A stretch of DNA of 64,000 nt from Camelus dromedarius (Eukaryota). The translations under genes and the position numbers were made by a program. Position 1 is the first letter of the stretch; each line of letters begins with the position of its first letter. The notes beneath the pieces were generated by a model. The model saw nothing but the letters and a program-made list of their open reading frames with translations, was not told the DNA's origin and ran no database searches. Positions 24,700 through 36,973 of the stretch are shown one piece after another. The stretch is taken from assembly GCF_036321535.1 (NCBI RefSeq), contig NC_087447.1, forward strand, positions 34,660,001-34,724,000, given 5' to 3'.

Positions 24700-26129
24700 G
24701 GGCGACCTCGCCATTCTGGTCCCCTTCCAGGGTCCCGAACCCCTTCCCAGGCTAAAGGACCGGACAGGGAGGCACGGGTGTCTCTAGAGCGTCTGCTACT
24801 AGAAGGCGGGGCCCCGGGGACCAGAGAGAGTTGTCTGGTCTCTCCGTTGATACCATTTTTCTGCAGGACAGATGTACCTGAAGACCCGCATTTCTGGAGA
24901 ACCTGAGTCGGAAAATGCCCCAGGACACCTACTTCAGCCTTCCACTAAAACCAAAAATCCTTTGGACAGGGAGCTGTCCAGCCTTGAACCTCTCTCCCAA
25001 TGGAGCGCAGGCAATCTCTCAAGGCAATGCTTAGCGCCTTCTCTCTTGCAGAGCTCTAACAGGCAGCAGGTTCTTTCTAACACAGAACTGATCCTGCCTC
25101 CAGATCAAGACCCATTTCTGCCTTCTTGAGCACACAGAACAAGGCTCCCCAGCTAACAGTCAGGCCTCCAGAAACTAGAAGGCCACACATCCTATTCCCT
25201 AGGTGACCCTCCTTCAGAAGGTTCCTCATTCATCTTCTGCCTTCCTCGGGGACCATTTTGAAATTGGAGAGGCTTGTGCTCAGCTTTATCCCTCTACCCC
25301 TTTCAGGTGTCACTCTGGAATACAAGTATCCCTGTGGGAGGAATCGCAGGATCCCAGCACTATTTGCAAATAAGACCTGAACTGGTGAAAACAAACATTT
25401 ACTCATCTCTTAAATTGAGGTCACTTCCCCAAACATGGAGTAAAAAGGGAGACAGACATGCCTGGAGAGACAGTAGGGTAGACACTTCAGTGTCCAAAGA
25501 CCTCTTATTTCCCTCCTATTTCATCCTCCAATCAAAACTTGCTCCATCCCCAGGGGTATCCAAGGTGAGAAGGCAAGGTGTCCTACCGGTTCTGGCAGGA
25601 GGGTGGGCTGGCCTTTCCAAAGCCTATGGAGGCCACCAGACTGCAGGGCCTCTCCACAGCCAAAGGCAGGTCTTGCCATATCACCACCTGGTGAGGACCA
25701 CATGGGCCCAGCATTCTCAGGATGCTGTCAGCCCAGGAGCTCAGGACACAGGCCAAAGCAGAAGGCCAGTCTTGCTGCTGGGCCCCTGGTTGAGGGGTGG
25801 GAAGAGGTTCAGGTTCAGGCTCAGGAGTGGGGATGTACTTCCCAGGTCTGGTGGTAGGAAGGGGGCAGAAGCCTCCTCTTACTGAGATCAGAGGCCATAG
25901 CTGCAGGATGGCAGTGCTGAGGGAATTACAGCTGTAGTGGAAGGGCACCTCTGCTGGTGCTCACTCCAACACAGACACACGTGTTATACTCCTGGGTCCT
26001 TCCCCAGAGGGGCCAGGGAGACTGATCCCAAGACAGAATTGAAAATTGAAAATAATGCCACTTTCTTAGCCAATTCCTGCAAGTCTGTAAGGAATACAGC
26101 CAGCAGGGCAATGGTAGGAGAGCAACATC

Positions 26130-26345
26130 ACATACCCTGCTGTAGGGAGTGTGTTATAGTTAGAAGAACACCAGTCTGAGTCAGACAGCATGGGCTGGAA
26201 TCCCCTCTCTGCTCCTTACCAGCTATACCATCTTATCTCTGAACCTGTATTTCCTCAACTATAAAATAGGGAAGTAAATATTCCTCCTGACAGGGATGTT
26301 CTAAGGATCAGATGTGATCATGGGTGAGTCCGTGCTTTGTGAGCA
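26130..26345 (+). mobile_element. MIR SINE
   Basis: GAGTCAGACAGCATGGGCTGGAATCCC...TTTCCTCAACTATAAAATAGGG. Confidence 0.7.
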
Positions 26346-26397
26346 GTAATGTACCTTGCAGAGGAGAAAGGTTTTTACAATAAACCCAGTTTGCCCC

Positions 26398-26760
26398 TGT
26401 GATGGTTAATTTTATGTGGCAACTTGGCTAGGCTATGGTACCCAGTTTTTGATCAAACACCAGTCTAGACATTGCTATGAAACTATTTGTTAGATGTTAT
26501 TAACATTTAAGTCAGTAGACTTGGAATAAAACAGATCAGCTCCCATAATGTGGATGGGTCTCATCCATCTGGTCAAAGGACTTAAGAGAAAAGACTGTGA
26601 GGTCCTGCCAAGGAAGAAGGAATTCTGCCGCTAAGCTACTTTTGGACTCCCAAGTGCAACATCAGTGCTTCCCTGGATCTCCAGCCTGCCATCCTGTCTT
26701 CCAGATTTGGGACCTGACACACCCCACAAGCACCTGAGCCAGTTCCTTCAAATAAATCCC

Positions 26761-26798
<38 letters not shown>

Positions 26799-26908
26799 GG
26801 GAATGGGGGAAGAGAAAGAGCTATATAGATGTAGACAGATAGAGCTATATAAATATATAGATATATATCCTATTGGTTGTGTTTCTCTGGAGAACCGTGA
26901 CTAATACA
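26398..26908 (+). mobile_element. ERVL solo LTR (MLT2-like)
   Basis: TGTGATGGTTAATTTTATGTGGCAACTTGGCTAGGCTATGGTACCCAG ... GGAGAACCGTGACTAATACA, with a 5-bp TSD GCCCC/GCCTC. Contains (TGTC)9 at 26761-26796. Confidence 0.9.
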
Positions 26909-28399
26909 GCCTCTCCCCAAAATGATGAAGATTTGCCAGGCAAATCCAAAGAGAGGAAATAACCAGGTGGCTGGATCTGTAGCCTGATCATGAGCCTACA
27001 AGTTGTTGGCATGTATGTGTGTGTTTCCCCAAGTCTAGTCCGAGTTGGCGTTGACTTATTCTCACGGATGGTTTTGATCCACCTCTCTCCACAACAACCC
27101 TTCACCTACTAGACGTAGACACTGGGGGAACATTTTCCTAAAATAACTCCCCTTCTCTCCTGCCACTATGCCTCGTGCCCCAGTCCCCACCTGTACACTA
27201 GGATCCAAGTGGACAGAGTTAGAGATTCTGTCTGATACCTCTCTTTCCCTCTCTCTCAAACACACACACTGGAATCCCAAATGCGAGTTGTAGCAGCAAA
27301 GGCCTTGACCCCTACTGCCATCTGCAAGATGATTTTTCCCTCAATTCAGGGTGCACAAATTTTAAAAATTTATATCCAATCACCCGCTCAGGGTCCTAAC
27401 CCCAAATCTGTTCCTATCACCTGAAGAAAGATTTATTTCCACTTCACCAACATAGAAAAACAAGAACCAGAGCATAAGCAGGTCTCCCAGGGGCCGGAAC
27501 GGCAAGCCTAGGTGCTGCAGCTGCTCCTTGCAAGCCTTTGGGTAGGGGGTGCTCCCTCTCTTCTCCCTCTTTCGCTCACTCACCTTCCCTGCGGTCTAAC
27601 ACGGCTGCCACTCCAAGTGTCTATGTCAGGATCTCTGTGTACTACCCAATACCCTCCAGGACTTAGTTCCAGTTCTCATGAAAGAATCTGCTTGGTCACT
27701 GACCTTCAGATCAGCGGTCAATCAGCAGTAGCAAAAGGGATCTTTCATTGGTTGGGCAACATCAGACATTTGTGGCACACAGTGAAAGGGAGACATGCAA
27801 AAGTACGCACTTAACCTAGTTTCTGACTCCTAATACTCACCCCTTGCACCCCAGTTTTTTTGTCTTCAAGAGTACCCATGTCACCCTTTTTCAGAGTTAT
27901 GGGGTCCCTGAAGCAAGTGAATTGTGAAGCACTTTAGAAATATAAAGCCTGTTCTATTTTTCTATAAATTAAGGAACATTTTTTTACCAATCTCAAGAAG
28001 ACTTGAGGGCAAAGTCTCTCGTCTTCAGCCTCTGGTAAGCAGGCGGGTCTGGTAGATTCAGCTCAGACACTGTCTTACATCAGAGGGACACCAGAGAGGT
28101 GGCATCTTAAGTACAAAAATGTTCTTCTCTCCTGTCTTTAGTTTCTGTGAACTGAACACAGGGCCACTTCGCCAGCAGTGTGAGAAAGAAGACGGAAAAT
28201 GGCCCTTTCCACCTTATCTTTTTGGTTTGGTGAACTTTCATTATTTGAGAGGACTGATCTCTAAGAATTTTCCCCAAAAGTCCTGGTCAGAATTGGCTTT
28301 TCTCTTCTCTGGCATCCCACAGCATTTTGGACCCTTCTCTTTCACAGCACCTGCCACACCACACCATCCTCACCTTGTATCACATTTCTCTCCCTGACT

Positions 28400-28810
28400 A
28401 GTCATTCACTCATTGATCATTCACTCAATCCTACAATACATTTGATTGTCAACAAAGATTCTGAGACACAGCAGTGAACAAGGTAGGAAAGGTCCCCGCT
28501 CTGGTGGTGAGAGGGGAAGAAGATGGAAAAGAAATAAATATTTAGTCAAGACTATTTGAGAAAATAATTAGGGCTCTGCAGGGAATAAAAATAGGACAGT
28601 GTGATATAGAATGACAAGGTTGGTAACTGTAGGTGACTTCTTTGAGAAGAAACTTCATCTCAGATCTGAATAATAAGAAGGGTACAGCCACACAGGGATG
28701 AAGAAGAACATTCCAGGCAGAGACAGCTGCTAGTGCAAAGGCCAGGAGGCAGATGGCAAAACAAACTTGGTGCATTCATGGAGCAAAGAGGTCAGTGTGG
28801 CTGGAGAATT
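28400..28810 (-). mobile_element. L2 LINE fragment
   Basis: CACAGCAGTGAACAAG...AGAACATTCCAGGCAGAGACAGCTGCTAGTGCAAAGGCCAGGAGG...GGTCAGTGTGGCTGGAG. Confidence 0.8.
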
Positions 28811-30944
28811 ATGTTCACATTCTTCTGGGGGAAAACAAGCCTATGAAGACAGCAGGGACAGGGGAGTGTCCACCCCTCTTTTCTATACCCCTGCCTGATC
28901 CCCAGCTGTAACCTCACCCACCATACTTCCTTTAAGACTGAGCTCAATCTGTCTCTTTCAACGTGGCAAACTAACCTCACTCCATACTCCCTCACCGCAC
29001 CCCTTCCCTCCACACAGACCCCTTAAGTTTCTGGTATATTATATCTATATGATTATGTTTTCTTGCTCCTTCATTCAGCTGATAAATTTTGAGCGCCCAC
29101 ACAGACCAAGAACTGACATGACTGTGCATTATGACCTCGTCGGTAAGAACACATGAAGAATCAGATCTCCAAGAAATCGAAAGAGATGACACAAAGGTTC
29201 ACTATAAAGGAGATAGCCTCTCCAGACCTCATTCAAAGCTGCTCTGCTCTTGGTTTACTCACACTTTTAATGGGACTGGTTATTTCCCTTCCAAGCCCAC
29301 AGCAAATCAGAGGGAGACATTGATCCCTACAGTTGGCAAACTGACAACTTTAAGAAGCAAGAAAGGACAATCTGTCAGCAACAGAGGAGACCAATAAACC
29401 GATGAAAAACAAAACCAAAGGCTTGGGGAATCTGGGACCATTTAGTGAATGGGCAATCAATCTTACACAGCTCATCCATTCATTAAACTACATGGAACCC
29501 TCGTAATGCTGACTCTGAATCCAACACGGGTCTTAGAAGGCAGGGAAGATTTTAGTATGCTGGAAAGCTTTTCATACAAGTTGGCCAAATGAAATTTAAT
29601 GGAAAAACCCAGGGCTACTAAGAAAGTTCAGTTGTCAAAAATGACTTGAATTCTGGACAGCCAATGTTTTATACTGTTTGAACAATTAATTATAACTTAT
29701 TGAGCAACTCTAAGATATGCCAATTGCTTTAAATTCTTGACATCATTCAAGTCCCACAACAACTCTGTGAAGCCAATATTGTTATTAATCCTGTTTCGTG
29801 AAGGAAAGAGGAGAAAACAGGCTCAGGAGCCAAGGAGTTGAGCAACTTGCCTTCAGTCACAAAGCTGGTGAGGGGCTTTTACAACCAAATCAAAAGATGA
29901 AAGAGAGAGTTGACAATACTTATTTCTTCTTTTATAGTCCTCTTAATACTTAACATAGATCTGGGGATATAGTAAGTTCTCAAAGTAGGGGCTCAGGGCT
30001 CATTCATCCAAGAAATTTGTCCCAAGAACTGCTCCAGCATCTGGAGATATAGTGAAGAACAGGCCAGGCACAGATCTTGTCCTCAGGGTGGTACAGCATG
30101 AAGAATTCATGAGTCTCTTCCACAGTTTTGAAAAAATCAATTTGCTATGATCCTGTTAAATATGACTCTTATCTTGGATCTTTTGGAAGCAGCTGAAGTT
30201 TCACTCTTGACAAAAGTCAGAGCCAGATGATAGTAAAGTTAGAAGTTTATGATTGAAGAAAATTCCTGACCCTCACCTCTGTTGTTTCCATTTTGGGGGC
30301 AGCCTACAGTCCTCATTTTGTGTTGCCCCTTCTGCAACTTTATCGAAGAGTCACTTCATGGAAGTCACTTCAGCATCCTCACCAGCAGAATAGTCATGGT
30401 GGCGGTGGTGGGGAGGGGAGAGATGGATGGGCTGTGACATTCTGGTCCTCTCTCCCTCCTGCCCATGGTAGGTTCCCCTCGAACTCTTCCCTCATCATTC
30501 TTCGTTCAGCACCACCATGGCTGAACAGCTAAGTAGCTGTAAGGATGCTGTTTACCTGACTGATAGTGGGTCGAGTCAATGTCATCAGGTCTGAAATAGA
30601 CAGTAGCTGGGAGGGAGCTATTATCAGCTGGCAAGGGGTGAAAGCAGCGGTGGGCTGGCTCCAGTTCCCCAGTCCCAAGTGGCTGGCACTTCTGCGAGCA
30701 TGGGAGGATGCTATAAAAACAGGCCTGCCAAGAAACACCCACGGGCAGCATGAGCACATCGGTTGGGCTGTGGAGGAGTCAAACACAGAGAAAGGGGCTT
30801 GGAGTGAAACATTCTAGGGAGGTTGGAATGGGTCGCAAGATCCAAGCTATAAGTTGATTTTAGGAGACTCTTGGCTTTCAAGATCTCTTAAGAAAGAGGG
30901 GATATATATGTACTAGAAATGGAGTTGCAACTAAAATTTTAAAA

Positions 30945-31464
30945 CAAATCCAACAAATATGTATTGAATATCTGTGATGTTCTATGCATATACTACTGGA
31001 AATATCACAGTGAACATGGCAGATAGGTTTCCTCCCCCCGAGGAATTTATATTCTCTCATTGGAGCCAGTCATTAAGCAGAGAAACAAATAACTAATCTG
31101 GATAATTTTAGATAGGGTTGTGTGTCATAAAGGAAGTAAAATAGGATGAGATGATGAACAGTAACTGAGGCTGGGGAGAGTGGCATCTCCTAGGGTGGGC
31201 AGGGGAGACCTCTCTGAGGAGGTGACCATTTGAATTAGACCTGAAGGAACCAGCCAAGTGAAGAACCTAACAGACAGAGAGCAGACAGCAAGTGCAAAGG
31301 CCCTTTTGATGTATTAAAGAAAGCAGTGTGGCTGGAGGAGAGGGTTATGAGATCAAGCCACTTCTAAAGGCAATGGGAAAGAGGGGAAGGACAGAGCTCA
31401 GTGGTAGAGTGTGTGCTTAGCATGAATGAGGTCCTGGGTTCAATTCCCAGTAACTCCATTAAAA

Positions 31465-31497
<33 letters not shown>

Positions 31498-31720
31498 TAC
31501 AGGTAAAGGCAAAGGAATGCTGTGGAGGGTTTTAAAAGAGCAAGTTTTCAGAAGGTTGGTTTGGCTGCATTGTCAAGACTGGATAAGGGGGGAAGAGAGG
31601 AAGTAGGGAGAGCAGTTAGCAGGCCATTGAAGCCACCAGGCAAGACCCAAAGGTGGCTTAGGGTGGATGGAGAGAAGAGGACAGACTTCAAATGTGTTTT
31701 GGAACACAGGCCTCAAAGGG
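30945..31720 (-). mobile_element. L2 LINE fragment interrupted by a SINE
   Basis: CAACAAATATGTATTGAATATCT...CTCTCTGAGGAGGTGACCATTTGAATTAGACCTGAAGG...AGTGCAAAGGCCC. Confidence 0.75.
31381..31503 (+). mobile_element. tRNA-Ala-derived SINE (camelid vic-1-like) with a (GATA)n/(GACA)n tail
   Basis: AGCTCAGTGGTAGAG (A box), GCTTAGCATG (AGC anticodon loop) and GGTTCAATTCCC (B box). Approximate TSD TAAAGGCAATGGGAA at 31365-31379 / TAAAGGCAAAGGAA at 31504-31517. Confidence 0.85.
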
Positions 31721-32169
31721 GCAGGAAAGGCAGGAAAGTCAGCAGGAGCCTCCGTGGCTTTAGGAAACACCCACTTCTTCTGAATTGCTCATGCTTTAAG
31801 CTTCTCTTTGCACATCTGCCCCACCCTCCTCTCTCCCCAGCGAGATCCCTCTGTTTACACTCTGAGTTTCCTCAGCTCGCAGCTCACCTGCTGTCTCGTC
31901 CAGCCCCAGTCCCCACTGCTAACTGGGTGGGCCTCGTTCAGGTGCCAGGAGGGGGATCGGATTGGCCCACCTCGTTACCTCAACCTGTAGGTTAGCTTCT
32001 CTCTCCTGGGTGGGTGCACACCTCCGGGGCAAGTTAGGGAGAGTGGGCACATTTCATCAAGGCAGGGCCACCTGATGCCACAGCACGGGGCTGTGGTTGG
32101 TCAGTATCTCTTGGAAGGTCCTGCGTCCTGCAGAAAACAATGACTGGGCCCAATGGTAATTTTAGCCAC

Positions 32170-32390
32170 CACTCCCATATCATTTACTGCTCCAGGCACC
32201 ATTCTAAGTTTTACATAATAACTCATTTAGTCCTCACAGCCCTCCCATAAAATTATCTCCATTTTGCAGAACAGGAAACAGGCACAGAGAGGGTAAGTAA
32301 CTTTTCCAAGATCACACAGCTGGTAAGATGCAGAGTTGGGATTCAAACTCCAGTTGTCTGGTCCCCAGAAACCTGGATCTGAACCACTGT
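32170..32390 (-). mobile_element. MIR SINE
   Basis: CCATTTTGCAGAACAGGAAACAGGCACAGAGAGGGTAAGTAACTTTTCCAAGATCACACAGCTGGTAAG. Confidence 0.85.
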
Positions 32391-34909
32391 TGAAATCCTC
32401 CCTAAGCTCTAGGTCAGTCATTATTGAGAAGGAAACTTGAGCATGGGTGTTGAAAAAACAGGAATAAATATTGCTGCAGCAGCTACTGCTGCTGCTGATA
32501 ATATTTTATCTAGTGAAGCCAAGAGAAGACTCATTGCACTGCCTGGTTTAAGCTCCAGATCTTCCATTTACTATTTCTGTGATCTGAGTAAAGAACTGTA
32601 ACTTCTTTGAGCCTTAAGTTTCTTATCTAAAAAACAGTTAATAACATCCATCTTAGTTGTTTTACAGGCATTGTTTATAAAACAAGGATTATGATGCTGA
32701 TAGGAAAGGTGTGCTGATAAATTATAAGACTCTTTGGAAGCAAAGAGCAAGAACACATTAAAGGAAGAGGAAGTCTAGGGGGTCTAGGAAGGAAAACTTT
32801 GTGTCCAAAGGCCTGGAGATGTAAGACAAGGGCAGCAGTGTGGAAGTGGCAGTCTCAGGTGCCATCTTCCTCCCCAAAACCACAGGGAGCTACTGAAGGA
32901 CTGAGCAGGAGAAGAAGGAGTGATAACAGTCAGATGAGCTGTTTAGAAAGATATCTCTGGCGACCAGTGTGAAGAATGGTCTACAGTCGGGAAGACTACA
33001 ACAGGGAGACAGGAGGCGGTTTGCAGCAATGCAAACAAGAGAGAGTGAGGATATGGACTCAGGCAACAGCAGAAATATTTAGGTGTGTCATCAAGAGAAT
33101 GTGCAGGGTCCAGGATCCCACGACATTCAAATTAGAGCAAGTCTACCATCTAAAAGAGAATGGGTGTGCCCGCCTGTATTTTGAGTAGAAGTTTCAGTTA
33201 CCCCATATCTCAATAGTGTTCATTTCATGGGTGTGTGACTCTCCATTGACACTGTATCTCTAAACTCTTCAAAGGGAAGGCTCTTGGCTTTGATGATGAA
33301 GCCGCCCACCCCAGCTTCCTGCATGTGGATCATGACCTTTCCTGGGAAGGCAGGTGTGGGGCCCCTGGCTTGGCTACTTTGCATAGCACATTGGGAGTAT
33401 TTGCATTTCTAGAGTCTTGTTTCTCCATTGACAGGGGGCCGCATTAGAGTTTTTTTGTCCTGTGGCATCAGATGAAAGTGGCCTGGAAATCAATGCAAAT
33501 TCCTTTCATCTCACAATGTGTCCAGTGGTCTAACTACTCAAAGCCCAGCAGGCTAAGCAAGGACACACAGAAAAAAAGCCCCACTTCGACTCTTTTAGAT
33601 GGGTTCCTAGCTGTCCCCTAACTAACACACACACACTGAACCCCCAGGGTCCACCCCCTCACACAAGTCCTTCTCAAGGCATCTTTGAAGTCTGGTGATG
33701 TCACCACTCTGTGCCGTTTTCTCTTCTCCACTGGGATTGAGTGATGGAAGCCTACGTATTTCAAATCCTCAAAGAAAATAAAAAACGCTTCTTTCTGGGT
33801 CAGAAGGGTAGCTTTGTGTTTAAAAACAAAACAAAACAAAACAGATGTATCCTTCATGGAGAAATCTATCAGTGTGAGTGCTGCTGCCATGAATCTCTTT
33901 GCCTTCCTTTACCTGCAGAAATCTCCCCCGGAAATGGGGTGCTTGGCTCTATGTGAGTTGTAAGCAGGTTAGGTAACAGCACCCTGAGCTTCAGAGAGCC
34001 TCTGAATCCAGAGATTCCAGATCTACAAGTCCTTATATCTAATAAGCTTTTGTTCTGAGAATAGTTTTTAAATATTTAGGTCCAACTCCAGCAAATTTAC
34101 TAAACATTGGGGGATAGAAGGTAGGATGAGTTTATGATTTTAATTGTGTTTGCCATCAGATTGGAAAAAAAAAAAAAAAAGCAAGAGTAAATGCTATTGA
34201 CCAGGGCACAGGGAAACAAATTCAAAAAATGTTTATTAAGAACATGCTCTGTGCTGGGCACTGCTCTAGGCTAGAGTCACCATGGTATAATAAATAAGTG
34301 GACAAAATTCATGGAATGTACACTCTAGTGTAATTCATTGTGCTGGAAAAGTGCATGCCTCCTAGAAGGCAGAACGTATCGAAAGCCTTAAAAATGTGTG
34401 GACCTACACTTTGGGACAATCATGCACCCAAATATGTATAAGACTGTAAAGTTGTTTGGAAGGGTAAAAACTTTATAGGAAAAAAACCTAAATATATAAC
34501 ATTAACTAACTAGTTAAATTAATTATGGTCCACTTCCACAACTGAATACTATATTGTTATGAAAATAATGTAAAAGAACAATTATTGACTTGGGAAAATG
34601 TTAATGATATATTGCTACACACAAAAAAGTTACCAAACAGTAGGTAGAGTATGAGTCCATTTGTATAAAACAGATGGAAAAAAAATAAGTGAAAGTTTAT
34701 CACTTAATGTATCAATATTTACTGAGCTCTTACCACATGCCTGGGCCCTGGGGTTACAGAAATGAACAAGATTGGCATAGTCCTTTCCCTGGTAGAATCT
34801 GTGGTGATTACCTTTGAGTGGTGGACTTTGGAGTGAGTTTAATTTTTTCCATTTGTTTCTGTGTTTTCCATTTCTTCTAAACTGATCAGATATTCCTATT
34901 TATAATTAC

Positions 34910-34983
34910 TTTTTTTTAACTGAAGTATGGTCAGTTATAATATGTCAATTTCTGGTGTACAGCACAATGTCCCAGTCATGCAT
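34910..34983 (-). mobile_element. Very short young L1 3' terminus
   Basis: Reverse complement of the L1 end at ~61525-61600 (ATGCATGACTGGGACATTGTGCTGTACACCAGAAATT), flanked by AATTACTTT direct repeats. Confidence 0.8.
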
Positions 34984-35526
34984 TAAAATTACTTTAAAAT
35001 TAAACATAATTTTAAAAATAATCTTTGGATTTATCAATGGTACCTGGGGTTGGAACCATGGGCCTTAGAAATTAAAGCCCACCTCTTACGTCCTTCCTCC
35101 CTCAGAGAAAGTAACCCAGGGTGGCCAAGAGTGGTACAGCCAGAGGGCAAGAGCCAAAGAGATAGTGTGAGACAAGGGCCAGTGTTGAAAAGAAGATGCC
35201 ACATCCTTAGCCATGATCTAGGATGAAGCAGACACAAAGCCAAGACCGAGAGGCAGGGAGAAGCAGCACAAAATGGAGGCCAAGGGGCAGAAGGCCCACT
35301 TTTTTGCCATGAATAGGGCTGGAGCGCCTCCTGTCCCTCTTCCAGCCGGCTCTAAGGTACATTAGGGTGGCAGCAGGGGAGAAAGGCCCAGGGTCAGGTG
35401 GGCATCTGCTCCACCTTCTTAAACTACATCCACCATCAGATCAGTAGTAGAATGCTGAAAATCATCCAATACCCAACAAGGGAATGGCTAAGTAAGTTAA
35501 GATCCTTTTAATTCTTATCCATAAGA

Positions 35527-36973
35527 TGTGACCAGATAACATTTTGAGATGTTAGAGAAAGTTTTTTTGTTTTGTTTTGTTTTCTTTACAATCCCTTAGA
35601 GACCTGGAAATGCAGTAAAACTGTCAGGTACCAGTGGGTGCTCTAAGAAGGAAGTCCCATGCCCTTACCTATACCATCCCTCCCCTCCTTTCACCCCCAA
35701 GGCCTTGGAAGGCGTGGAAATAATTTTTAAAATAGGGTTGGAGCAATTTGAGAGGTGAGGAGACCCATGTGTCACTTCCTTAGGGAATTTCAGGGAGACT
35801 GTCTCCACCAACCCCACCCTAGCAGGGTTTCACACCATGGAGTAGGGATGGCCACAGACAGTGCTGGACAGCACAAGACTGGGGTGACCCCTTGAGTATC
35901 CTCTGACCCCACCCTCCCAGCATGATGAATTTTCCAAAATTTGCCACGACCTCCAAGAGGGGTGTACAAGTATTGATAGGGGTTCCAATGGATCTGGCAA
36001 GGTCTGGGGTGGGGTGGGGTGGGGTGTGGGCAAGGAAGTAAAGAGTATTCTCAGCAATGATCAGAGGCTGCAGTTGGCCCTTGGACATCTTCAAGGAGGG
36101 CAGCATGAATAGATGCCAGCCATCAAAGAACAAAAAGGGCTTGGTTCTTCCTCAGTAGATGCCAGCATAGGCCAGATGATGTCAAACCTGGTCATGTACC
36201 TGTTTATCCTCAGATCCATTCCCCACCTAAGGGTACCCCATCTCTGTTCTCTATCACAGGGAACTACATTTCCCAGGCTCCTTTGCCAACTGGTTTGGCC
36301 AATGAGTGGCACTGGAGGAGCACTGATGTGCAGCAGGAGAAAAGCCGGGTATTTCTTCCTCTCTCTGTCTGCCTGTTTCAGGTGAAGCTCCAGCTTGTCT
36401 GTGGCTCTCTCTCTTTTGATTCTAGCTCCCATCAAATGCCCCCCACTGTGTAGTTCTACAGCTCCATCCAAGAAGCCTCTACCACGGTTTTAGCTGGTGG
36501 GTCCTGGCTTCTGGGCTGTGTAACACTGCCATCTCACTGTGTCCCTCCAACCCTAACAGTGAAGTAGCTTCCTTGCAGCTAATCACTGTCCCTTCCGTAA
36601 TCGATGTATCCAATTTCCTGTATTACATGTGGTTTCTATTTTCCTAACTGAACTTCGACTAATCTGGAACAGAAGCCTCCCTCACCCTCAACTGAGGTCT
36701 TGGTGCCATTTGGGACCCCTGGGAATTTGTCACAATCCCAGGGGGAAGGAGGGAGGTTGGATATCCTAAATTAACTGAATTTACCCAGAAGACAATTAGG
36801 AAATTTTGCAGGATAAAGTTTCCATAGAATTGATTAAATTAGGGGGTTGTTTGTTTCTTCACTTTAGCCATCAGGTGTAAAGGGAGGTCAAAATAGAGTT
36901 TAAGTTATAGAAAAATAAAATGATCATTTTTGCATATTTGAATATGTAACTTGTGAAATTCCTACTCACTACA
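35527..36973 (+). mobile_element. Ancient long LTR (possibly LTR78-like) inserted in an L1ME relic
   Basis: TGTGA... and ...CTACA termini, AATAAA near the 3' end, and L1ME-like flanks. The family assignment is from memory. Confidence 0.35.
36195..36665 (+). mobile_element. ERVL LTR (LTR33-like), nested
   Basis: TGTACCTGTTTATCCTCAGATCC...ACTACATTTCCCAGGCTCCTTTGCC...TTTGGCCAATG...GTGGTTTCTATTTTCCT. Confidence 0.65.

Larger units (their letters stand above)
23110..24820. promoter_or_regulatory. Two-lobed CpG island / promoter of a minus-strand gene (lobes ~23110-23490 and ~24060-24820)
   Basis: Very high GC and dense unmutated CpG compared with the rest of the window. Contains GC boxes (CCCCGCC from 23401), a CCAAT box at 24695-24699 and an X-box at 24626-24639. 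Confidence 0.9.

Noticed and set aside
23019..24906. Many long overlapping ORFs (up to 197 aa) across the CpG island
   Set aside because: Stop-codon scarcity in GC-rich and CA-rich DNA explains them. They occur on both strands, several use non-ATG starts, and none resembles a protein I recognise.
25274..25885. Longest ORF in the window (203 aa)
   Set aside because: It starts with TTG and has no recognisable domain or coding-like composition.
31383..31458. tRNA-Ala-like sequence (also 45760-45830)
   Set aside because: Stems are mutated, and A-rich tails and TSDs are present. These are SINE copies, not tRNA genes.
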